DNA of 64,000 nt from sequence record NC_054921.1, one strand, 5' to 3'. The notes below the pieces were generated by a model. That model made no database searches. It had not been told where the DNA came from and worked only from the letters and a program-made list of their open reading frames with translations. The translations under genes were made by a program, and so were the position numbers. Positions 48,907 through 57,531 of the stretch are shown piece after piece; the stretch's first letter is position 1; the number at the start of each line of letters is the position of its first letter. This DNA comes from Escherichia phage vB_EcoM_IME537.

Positions 48907-50340
48907 TTATTTGCTTTGAATTATACCGCCAGGATTAGCTTCATAAAACTTAGCTACATCCGACTTCTTAATTTTGATTAAACGGGTTTGTTGGCTATTG
49001 ACATCATTAGTTGGAATAGCAATTTCACAACACAAGTTGCTCTGACGAATAGGTGCCTTTTCGCGAATAAACGGAGTATAGTTATTCGTATTATCAATGA
49101 ACTGCACATAAATCCTTGCTGTTCCTGATCGTTCAGTCATGAGCAATTCAAACAGTTCACGGGCTTTAATACGCTTTTTACGAATATTAGGGTCTTTTTC
49201 TGCGGCTTCATATAATTCACGGAAACGGTCTTGGTCTTTAAAATAAGAATAATAAAGCTCGCCACCCATTTCGTGTGGACTGAACAAAGTAATGTAGTCG
49301 TTCTTTCCGAATCGTTCCATCATTAGGTCATTCAGCTGGACACCATAATCCATATGGCGGATACGGTTTTCTTCTACACCTTTGTTATTTTTCAAAACGA
49401 GAAGATTTTCAACTTCCAAATGCCAAATAGGATAATAAGCAGTAGCAGCACCGCCACGAATTCCGCCCTGTGAACATGATTTAACAGCAGTCTGAAAATG
49501 TTTCCAAAAAGGAATAACACCAGTATGGCGTACTTCACCTGTGCCAATCTTAGAACCTTCGGCACGAATCATACCAACGTTAATGCCGATTCCAGCTCGC
49601 TTGGAGATATATTCAACAATTGAAGCAGAAGCTTTGTTGATAGACTTCAGCGAATCACCTGCCTCAATAACAACGCATGAACTAAACTGTCGAGTTGGAG
49701 TACGACATCCAGCCATAATAGGAGTTGGCAATGAAATCTGTCGAGTGGATACTGCTTCATAAAAACGGATAACGTGTTTTAATCTATCAACAGGTTCATC
49801 TTGATGCAATGCCATTCCAATAGTCATAAACGCAAACTGTGGAGTTTCATAAATTTGACCAGTGGTTTTATCTTTAACGAGATATTTTTCTTTTAATTGC
49901 ATCGCCCCGGAATAAGTAAATTCCATATCCCGCTCATGCTTAATTTTTGATTCTAAAAATGTAATTTCTTCTGCTGAATATTTTGACAGCAGTTCAGGGT
50001 CATATTTACCTTCATTTACACAGTAAGAAATATGGTCAATAAATGAACATGGTTCATATTGCCCGTAAACATGCTTACGAAGAGCAAACATTAAACACCG
50101 TGCAGCTACATATTGATAATCAGGCTCTTCAACTGAAATAGAATTCGCAGCAGCCTTAATGACAATAGTCTGAATGTCATCAGTTGTCATTCCATCACGG
50201 AGATATGATTTAATATTTTCATATAATTCATAAGGATCTACAGATGTTCCTTCAGCTGCCCAAGATAAAACTTTAATAATTTTTTGCGGGTCAAAGCTTT
50301 GAGAAACACCACTACTTTTGATAACATTAATTAATTGCAT
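48907..50340 (-). CDS. nrdA: NrdA N-terminal piece (carries the active-site SNLCCEIAIP)
   Basis: 477 aa; MQLINVIKSSGVSQSF...; conserved sequence ends at ...IPTNDVN followed by a 29-aa basic tail and stop. Confidence 0.88.
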   Translation of the reverse strand: MQLINVIKSSGVSQSFDPQKIIKVLSWAAEGTSVDPYELYENIKSYLRDGMTTDDIQTIVIKAAANSISVEEPDYQYVAARCLMFALRKHVYGQYEPCSFIDHISYCVNEGKYDPELLSKYSAEEITFLESKIKHERDMEFTYSGAMQLKEKYLVKDKTTGQIYETPQFAFMTIGMALHQDEPVDRLKHVIRFYEAVSTRQISLPTPIMAGCRTPTRQFSSCVVIEAGDSLKSINKASASIVEYISKRAGIGINVGMIRAEGSKIGTGEVRHTGVIPFWKHFQTAVKSCSQGGIRGGAATAYYPIWHLEVENLLVLKNNKGVEENRIRHMDYGVQLNDLMMERFGKNDYITLFSPHEMGGELYYSYFKDQDRFRELYEAAEKDPNIRKKRIKARELFELLMTERSGTARIYVQFIDNTNNYTPFIREKAPIRQSNLCCEIAIPTNDVNSQQTRLIKIKKSDVAKFYEANPGGIIQSK

Positions 50341-50612
50341 AAGTCCTCAACTTGAAAATCGTCTTTAAACAATCGGTTAACTATATGAGCTATTATATCA
50401 CCATGACACGGCTTTGGTTTACATGTGCATCCTAGCCTCATTCCACGTAAAGGCTCTAAATGTGCTTTAGTTATTTCTCCGGATTTAATTCGACGTATAA
50501 AATCTTTTTTGAATAATTCAATGGCAGCCTCCCGGCTGCCAGCATCTTTACCGACGTAATTTCCCCAAAATGTACCACGGTGAATATTAACATCAAAGTC
50601 GGATTTATATTT
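50331..50612 (-). pseudogene. Conserved-looking ORF region (...GTFWGNY...LGCTCKPKPCHGD...) with no in-frame start; apparently disrupted
   Basis: 93 sense codons directly after the in-frame TAA of the upstream 87-aa ORF; the only nearby ATG (50659) is in another frame across an A5 tract. Confidence 0.5.
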
Positions 50613-50876
50613 TTATTCACTACTTGGCATAGACGGCCCGCGCGGTGATAATTCGTCATATTGTTTTTCCGTTAAAACAGTAATATCATAGTAACAATCA
50701 GAAGAAGTTTTAACCGTAGAAATTTTATTATCAAAATACTCACGAGTCATTTTATGAGTATAATATTTTTTGCCATAAATGATAATAGGCTGATTTGGTC
50801 CTGGAACTTCTAACTCGCTTGGGTTAGGAAGTGTAAAAAGAACTACACCAGAAGTATCTTTAAATCGTAAAATCAT
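50613..50876 (-). CDS. Hypothetical protein (nrdA.x position), in frame with the downstream disrupted region
   Basis: 87 aa ORF. Confidence 0.5.
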   Translation of the reverse strand: MILRFKDTSGVVLFTLPNPSELEVPGPNQPIIIYGKKYYTHKMTREYFDNKISTVKTSSDCYYDITVLTEKQYDELSPRGPSMPSSE

Positions 50877-50899
50877 ATATCCTCACAATTAATAATTAA

Positions 50900-51759
50900 T
50901 TACACCGCCATTTTTCCTTTAATAGGAGGGTGTGATTCGTAACCTTTAAGAACGAAATCTTTAGGCCTGAGTTTAAGAACATATTCCAATTGTTCTTTAG
51001 TAGAAAGATAGCGGAATTTATAAGGCAATCCGCCTATTACCAGTTCACAAAGCTCTTTAGGTTCACGACGTAAAATTTCTTTACACTGTTCTATGTGATT
51101 CATATAGATATGAGTATTACCACCAGAAAATATCAAATCTCCTGGAATAAGATTACACATCTTAGCTACAATATGAACTAATGCAGCATATGATGCAATG
51201 TTGAATGGCAAGCCCAAGAACACGTCAACACTTCTTTGATACCACTGCAAATCCAAATAGCCATTACGCACATTAAACTGATAAAACATATGACAAGGTG
51301 GTAATGCCATATGTTTAAGTTCAGCTGGATTCCATGCTGAAACAATTTGACGCCTATCATTCGGCAGTTTTTTAATACGATCAATAACTTCTACAATTTG
51401 GTCTACACCGCCAAAATCACGCCACTGTTTTCCATAAATTGGACCAAGTTCACCACTATGATATCCTAAATCTTTTGCTTGATTTTCGTAATTTTCATCC
51501 CAGACTGTTTTGCCTTGAATTAATGAATCATGCTGAATTAATCGTAAATCATTTACGTTAGTACTTCCTGACAAAAACCATATTAGCTCAGCAATACAAG
51601 CTTTCCAGGCGAGCTTCTTAGTCGTTACTGCAGGAAAACCTTTAGTTAAATCCCAGCGTAATTTAGTACCGAACAAAGCAATTGTTCCTGTGCCTGTTCG
51701 GTCATCGGTTTCATAACCGTTTTCCAGGATATCTTTAATTAAAAATTGGTATTGTTTCA

Positions 51760-51760
<1 letters not shown>
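50900..51760 (-). CDS. td: Thymidylate synthase, intronless
   Basis: 286 aa from ATG 51760 (MKQYQFLIKD...); active-site PPCH; continuous ORF. Confidence 0.95.
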
Positions 51761-52792
<1,032 letters not shown>

Positions 52793-52803
52793 ATTATCTC
52801 CTA

Positions 52804-53136
52804 TTAAAAAGGATCAGGAACATATCCACTAGCTTTAATCATTTTAACTAATGTTACCATTCCTTTGTTAACTGCTTGTGAGATTTCATCAAAAACTTCA
52901 TCATTAAAAAGTTCTAGCACACCCTTCTGAACTTTTAATTTACAGCCAACAATTTCGTCATCGCCTATAGTAAATTCATTACCGCCAATTCCACCGAAAA
53001 ACTTAATTACCCCAGTTAACTGTCTTCCACGAGAATATGGGTCATGTGATAAAGTAATATGAGTCACCCCAGGTACAGTTTTAAATTGGCAGCGAATGTT
53101 TACTTGGGAAATTCCAGTTACATGAACGTCAGACAT
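52804..53136 (-). CDS. Hypothetical protein (frd.2 position)
   Basis: 110 aa. Confidence 0.6.
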   Translation of the reverse strand: MSDVHVTGISQVNIRCQFKTVPGVTHITLSHDPYSRGRQLTGVIKFFGGIGGNEFTIGDDEIVGCKLKVQKGVLELFNDEVFDEISQAVNKGMVTLVKMIKASGYVPDPF

Positions 53137-53146
53137 AATGTTTTCC

Positions 53147-53389
53147 TCAGACAGACTTTTTCACAATTTTCCAATCAGCTTTAAACTGATCAACGTCAGA
53201 ATGATAAATCCAGAATCCTGCGCTTTCTCCATCCTCATAAAGAGGGCATCCATCGCATTCATCTTCCCATCCCATATCACGCAAAAGACGTTCAGCTTTT
53301 TCAACAAGTTCAGAATCTTTACCGATGATATTAAAATACCATTTACCCCTAACTTCTGAATCTTTAATGCTCTGACGTTGTAATCTCAT
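53147..53389 (-). CDS. Hypothetical protein (frd.3 position)
   Basis: 80 aa, RBS GGAG. Confidence 0.6.
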   Translation of the reverse strand: MRLQRQSIKDSEVRGKWYFNIIGKDSELVEKAERLLRDMGWEDECDGCPLYEDGESAGFWIYHSDVDQFKADWKIVKKSV

Positions 53390-53399
53390 TTTATTCTCC

Positions 53400-53468
53400 T
53401 TAGCAAGCTTTAATCAAAAGGTATAAGCAAACTAACATAACTGCTGCCATAATATAAGGTGCGAACAT
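53400..53468 (-). CDS. Possible 22-aa hydrophobic micro-ORF (MFAPYIMAAVMLVCLYLLIKAC)
   Basis: ATG with GGAG 9 nt upstream; stop immediately before the frd.3 RBS. Confidence 0.25.
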   Translation of the reverse strand: MFAPYIMAAVMLVCLYLLIKAC

Positions 53469-53498
53469 TTTCTTTTCTCCATTAGTTTTGATAGGGTA

Positions 53499-53528
53499 AT
53501 AGTATCACACTACTACCCTTCTGTAAAC
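53499..53528 (-). promoter_or_regulatory. Early promoter (-35 GTTTAC, 18-nt spacer, -10 TACTAT)
   Basis: same spacing as the alc cassette. Confidence 0.4.
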
Positions 53529-53914
53529 TACTTTTTGAAAGTTTTTCGCAAAAGTTCAATGATTTCGTCTACATTGTTTTCGTCAACAATGCAGTGAATT
53601 TTTGTTACGCCAGAAACCTTGTCTTTGACTTCATCTTCTTCAGAAGTTGGTTCTTTATACTCGCGGAAACAATAAAACTCTTCTTCACTAAGTTCAAAAT
53701 AATCATCACCCATACCATCATCATTATAGATTTCGCCATTAGCACAAATGATTTCAGTTACATAATCAAAGCCATCTAAACTTGATATTGATTTAACTTC
53801 AAACCAACCACCATTTTCTTGAATGATGCCGACCATATTAGCATTTGATGAACTAATATCAATGAAAGATTTAATACGATGTGGATTTAACTCATATTTT
53901 TTGCCAATTTCCAT
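53528..53914 (-). CDS. Acidic hypothetical protein in the slot downstream of gene 32
   Basis: 128 aa from ATG 53914 (RBS GAGGA); ORF-track start 53929. Confidence 0.55.
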   Translation of the reverse strand: MEIGKKYELNPHRIKSFIDISSSNANMVGIIQENGGWFEVKSISSLDGFDYVTEIICANGEIYNDDGMGDDYFELSEEEFYCFREYKEPTSEEDEVKDKVSGVTKIHCIVDENNVDEIIELLRKTFKK

Positions 53915-53936
53915 TTTGATTTTCCTCATTTTGATA

Positions 53937-53952
53937 GGGGCTTGACAGCCCC
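53937..53952 (-). terminator. Hairpin GGGGC-TGTCAA-GCCCC
   Basis: 5-bp GC stem. Confidence 0.3.
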
Positions 53953-53959
53953 TTGATAA

Positions 53960-54190
53960 TTATTGTTCAATCAGTCCCATGTAAAATTCTGCATCTTCAG
54001 CATCCATACCATCACAGTATTCATTAGCCATAAATCGTTCAAGAACTTCTAAAGGACCTTCAATAACAATAGAAAAATTGCAATAATTGGGATCATCATG
54101 AATACTTGTGATACTAAGTTCAGGATAACGATTACGAATAATTTCTTCAATATATTCAAAATCAACGATGTCAATATCAACTTTAGCCAT
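53960..54190 (-). CDS. 76-aa acidic protein with its own RBS (AGAGGA), in frame with the gene 32 readthrough
   Basis: ATG at 54190..54188; [16 protein letters not shown]... Confidence 0.5.
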   Translation of the reverse strand: MAKVDIDIVDFEYIEEIIRNRYPELSITSIHDDPNYCNFSIVIEGPLEVLERFMANEYCDGMDAEDAEFYMGLIEQ

Positions 54191-55168
54191 ATTGTTTTCC
54201 TCTTTAATCATCAGCAGTATTGCCGATAGTTGTATAGTACCATAGTCCTTGTTGTATGTAAACCGTTTTGTGAAAAAAAAAAATGGGTCCGTGTCATCAG
54301 CACTAGATGAACTGCCAGAGCTTGAGCTCATAAAATCATCTTCAGTTTTTGTTTTGAAGTCATCAACATTAAATGCATCCAAATCATCAGCAACTTTATC
54401 AGCTTTCTTAGCGGCAGTTGCTGCGGCACCGCCCATAGCAGCAGTTCCCATAACTTGACTGAACTTAGTGCTCAGTTCTTCAAACGATTTGAATTTATCT
54501 TTAGAAGTCATTTCAGAAAGGTCAACCATTTGTTCGAACAGTTCTTTCTGGAAAGATTCATCATCAATGTTTGGAATCGCAGATTGATTCAGGAATTTAG
54601 ATTCGTCGTAGTTACTAAAACCAGAAACTTGTTTAACTTTCAGTACAAAGTTAGCACCTTCCCACGGACAAGTTACATCAACCGGAGTTTCACCCATTTC
54701 AACATCAACTGCAATCATTGCATTGATTTTATCCCAGATTTTCTTACCGAAACGGTATTTAAATACTTTACCTTCATTTTCTGGAGCAGCTGGGTCTTTT
54801 ACAACAAGAATGTTAGCCCAGTAAGAAGTTTTACGTTTAACAAGACCGTACTCTTTATTGTCAGTGTTATACAAATCATTTTTACTGATGTACTGACATA
54901 CTGGGCAAGAATCGTAATCACCGTGGGTAGATGAACAGTTTTCAATATACCATTTACCATTTTTCTTGAAACCGTGATTTACAAGAATTGCGAATGGTGC
55001 TTGTTCATCATTTTTAGACGGAAGAAAACGAATTACTGCTTGACCGTTACCCGCATTGTCGAGTTTCAGTTTCCACTCGCCTTTATCTTCAGAAGAAAAA
55101 CCACCTTTATTTCCAGCCAGTTTAGCCATTTGCGCAGCGAGTTCAGCAGTAGATTTACGTTTAAACAT
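53960..55168 (-). CDS. 32: ssDNA-binding protein gp32 as read (402-aa ORF; conserved gp32 ends near 54287, after which there is no stop and the frame runs through a T11 tract into the 76-aa ORF)
   Basis: first ~294 aa match gp32 (zinc ligands H64, C77, C87, C90; ...[14 protein letters not shown]); 3' boundary unresolved. Confidence 0.85.
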   Translation of the reverse strand: MFKRKSTAELAAQMAKLAGNKGGFSSEDKGEWKLKLDNAGNGQAVIRFLPSKNDEQAPFAILVNHGFKKNGKWYIENCSSTHGDYDSCPVCQYISKNDLYNTDNKEYGLVKRKTSYWANILVVKDPAAPENEGKVFKYRFGKKIWDKINAMIAVDVEMGETPVDVTCPWEGANFVLKVKQVSGFSNYDESKFLNQSAIPNIDDESFQKELFEQMVDLSEMTSKDKFKSFEELSTKFSQVMGTAAMGGAAATAAKKADKVADDLDAFNVDDFKTKTEDDFMSSSSGSSSSADDTDPFFFFTKRFTYNKDYGTIQLSAILLMIKEENNMAKVDIDIVDFEYIEEIIRNRYPELSITSIHDDPNYCNFSIVIEGPLEVLERFMANEYCDGMDAEDAEFYMGLIEQ

Positions 55169-55267
55169 TTTTATTTCCTTTTTAATTTAATTAACAGTTG
55201 GTGCTATGACGATGTATGACCTCATAGCTGGTCAGTGAGATAATTATAATCTATTTATAATAAGCAA
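55169..55267 (-). promoter_or_regulatory. Gene 32 leader: autoregulatory translational operator (pseudoknot region then A/U-rich tract) plus late promoter TATAAATA (55253-55260)
   Basis: GCTGACCAGCTATGAGGTCATACATCGTCATAGCACC followed by AATTAAATTAAAAAGGAAATAAAAATG. Confidence 0.6.
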
Positions 55268-55921
55268 TTAGTACTTGCAAGATTTCACAGTTTCAATAAA
55301 AACACTTTTAGCTTTCTGTGAATCAATATTTAAAATTTTTCTATAAGCCTTTAACTTTATAGAATAATTATTCCAGACTAAATTATCAGTCTGTTCATCA
55401 TGTTTATCGATTATATTTAAAAACGAATCAAGCAAGATAAACGTCTCAAACGAAATTATATTCGATTGAAGTAGTTTAAAAATATAACTTGATTGAACTT
55501 TTGGATTATATTCAAAAATTTCTTTAAAAGCAGAAACTTCAACTTTTTTACTAAAATAATAAATGTTGCGAATATCTTCTTCAAACTTAAATTTAATTTG
55601 CTTTAAGCGTCCGATATATTCACGATAAAACACAAGTGCATCAGCGTCAGAGATGTCACCAATCCAAGCATCTTGGTTAGCAACAAGATTGCTTATAAAG
55701 ATTAAAGCAAGTTCCTTTAATTTATATTTTTCTGATAACTTCTGGAAAAAATACTTATCCCTTCGCTTTTGATAAGCGGCATCAGACACCCGCATGCACC
55801 AATTATACTTAATTACATCATACTTTCCATTCATATGTTGTTTTATCATTAAGTATAATTTATAAACTGATTTACCATCAATGTATCTTTCACCACCAGC
55901 AGGCATGCGGAGTTTAATCAT
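55268..55921 (-). CDS. 59: Helicase loader gp59
   Basis: 217 aa; ATGA coupling to gene 33. Confidence 0.9.
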   Translation of the reverse strand: MIKLRMPAGGERYIDGKSVYKLYLMIKQHMNGKYDVIKYNWCMRVSDAAYQKRRDKYFFQKLSEKYKLKELALIFISNLVANQDAWIGDISDADALVFYREYIGRLKQIKFKFEEDIRNIYYFSKKVEVSAFKEIFEYNPKVQSSYIFKLLQSNIISFETFILLDSFLNIIDKHDEQTDNLVWNNYSIKLKAYRKILNIDSQKAKSVFIETVKSCKY

Positions 55922-56256
55922 AATAGAAAATCTAATGTATTAGTTTTTTCACAACGAACAACAGAAGGACGTAAAAGATTTTCGTCAATAGCTTCTGACT
56001 GAATTTTTTCAATTATACCCGAAGGAATAAATTTAGCAAATTGAGTTTCAGGAATAGAATTTTCTTCTAAGAATGCTGTTGTAGCTTCAAGATAACTCAT
56101 TCCAAACTCTTCTACCATTTTTTCAATAATAAATCCATTTTCTTGGCGGTCAAGAAGCTTTGCTATTTCATCCTTTTCTTTCTTAATTGAAAGTTCTTTT
56201 TCTGAAAGACCGGTCTCATCGACCGGACGAATATCATTTAGAGAAAACTGTGTCAT
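55918..56256 (-). CDS. 33: Late transcription co-activator gp33
   Basis: 112 aa from ATG 56256 (MTQFSLNDIRP...). Confidence 0.85.
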   Translation of the reverse strand: MTQFSLNDIRPVDETGLSEKELSIKKEKDEIAKLLDRQENGFIIEKMVEEFGMSYLEATTAFLEENSIPETQFAKFIPSGIIEKIQSEAIDENLLRPSVVRCEKTNTLDFLL

Positions 56257-56503
56257 AAAGTTCAACTACCTCTTCGGTTTCAGCTTCAAACACATCACGG
56301 TTATCTTTATGATACAAAGCTAACAGACGATTAAACATCTTACCATCAACGCCAAGTTCATCTTTGGCACGAATTCGAATATCTTTAATCAATTCATTAT
56401 AACCAGAAATTTTCAGTTTATGATCAGATGCTTCTTTAATAAATTTAGCTAAGTCTTCGCCATGGATAGCTTCATCAAATTCAACCATTTCTTTTTTAGC
56501 CAT
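56234..56503 (-). CDS. dsbA: dsDNA-binding protein DsbA
   Basis: 89 aa, synteny. Confidence 0.8.
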   Translation of the reverse strand: MAKKEMVEFDEAIHGEDLAKFIKEASDHKLKISGYNELIKDIRIRAKDELGVDGKMFNRLLALYHKDNRDVFEAETEEVVELYDTVFSK

Positions 56504-56511
56504 TATTCACC

Positions 56512-57429
56512 TCAAAATTCATTAATGCTATTAGTTAATTTAGAAAGACCCGCTTTTACAAAATATGAATAAATTTTGCCACGCGGTGGTAATTTATATG
56601 AATTATAGTAATTCACAATGTTTGAAGCAATATTATCAGGAATATAATCAAAATCAATTAGAACTAAATTTTCTTTATAACGATTGTATTCAGATTCAGT
56701 GAGAAGCACCTTAGCTTGCTCACGGTCATTAGCAATAGCTTCAACAATAGAGGTTTTCATTGAAGGAGTTCGTTCACCTTCAACTCTGGTAAACCAAAAG
56801 TCAGATCGTACTTTAACTGAAGCGACGTTATCCTTTTTATCACCCTTAAGAATTTTAGTCATGCAATCAATTTCAGCAGAACCGCTTTTAATTTTAACCC
56901 ATTTCTTGTGCATCGGTGACCATTGCTTAACATTTGGATATTTGTGAAGCTGTGTAAAGTCACCATCCGATGAAATGATTAAAATCTTGTGTCCTTCTAA
57001 AGAGAACTTTTTAACAAGAACAGCAATGTGGTCATCTGCTTCATACTTATCAATATCCATAACAATGTATGGCATATAAGCTTTTAATTCATCTATAACT
57101 TTATGGCTGGATTCAAAATAACCTTCCCAGTCCCAAGTAGATTCTTCTCGTGCCTTTCCGCGGTTTTTCTTATAATAATAAGCGAAATCACGACGCCAGT
57201 ATCCAGATTTCGCGTTATCAATACACAGTACAATTTTAGTGTATCCAAGCGTTTTTGCTTTTTTGACATTAAACTTAATTGAGTTCAATATCAAATGACG
57301 AACCATTGATAAATTAATTTTTTCTTTATCTGGGAAGTTTACTAGAGCAGTTGAAAGCGCAATTTGACTAAAGTCAATTAAGCAAATTCCTTCTTTGTAA
57401 TCTTCATCCAGCATCATTTCTAAATCCAT
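56512..57429 (-). CDS. rnh: RNase H (5'-3' exonuclease, FEN family)
   Basis: 305 aa from ATG 57429 (MDLEMMLDEDY...). Confidence 0.9.
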   Translation of the reverse strand: MDLEMMLDEDYKEGICLIDFSQIALSTALVNFPDKEKINLSMVRHLILNSIKFNVKKAKTLGYTKIVLCIDNAKSGYWRRDFAYYYKKNRGKAREESTWDWEGYFESSHKVIDELKAYMPYIVMDIDKYEADDHIAVLVKKFSLEGHKILIISSDGDFTQLHKYPNVKQWSPMHKKWVKIKSGSAEIDCMTKILKGDKKDNVASVKVRSDFWFTRVEGERTPSMKTSIVEAIANDREQAKVLLTESEYNRYKENLVLIDFDYIPDNIASNIVNYYNSYKLPPRGKIYSYFVKAGLSKLTNSINEF

Positions 57430-57450
57430 ATGAACCTCGTTCAATTAGTG

Positions 57451-57486
57451 AGATTTCTATTATACCATCCAAATCTTAAAGTAAAC
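57451..57486 (-). promoter_or_regulatory. Early promoter for rnh (GTTTAC, 16-nt spacer, extended -10 TGGTATAAT) with 6-bp inverted repeat AGATTT/AAATCT around the -10
   Basis: seen directly. Confidence 0.55.
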
Positions 57487-57489
57487 AAG

Positions 57490-57497
57490 TATAAATA
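57490..57497 (+). promoter_or_regulatory. Late promoter TATAAATA for gene 34
   Basis: exact box about 35 nt upstream of the ATG. Confidence 0.55.
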
Positions 57498-57531
57498 CTT
57501 ATTATTGAAAACACAATAGGAGCCCGGGAGA

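Noticed and set aside
48151-48996. Group I intron (with an HNH ORF) or an intein interrupting nrdA
   Set aside because: Only about 45 nt of non-coding sequence lie between the N-piece stop and the HNH start, and the HNH stop overlaps the C-piece start, leaving no room for a group I catalytic core. The junction lacks intein boundary residues (no Cys/Ser start, no His-Asn end). A split gene is the simpler reading, though RT-PCR is needed.
50471-50659. 62-aa ORF ([12 protein letters not shown]...) as a genuine gene
   Set aside because: After its first ~16 codons it runs out of frame across the conserved Cys/His-motif region. It is more likely the displaced start of that disrupted gene than an independent protein.
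54455-54934. 159-aa + strand ORF (and 54249..54458, 54974..55219) opposite gene 32
   Set aside because: Antisense to a highly conserved gene, AT-rich low-complexity translation, no RBS.
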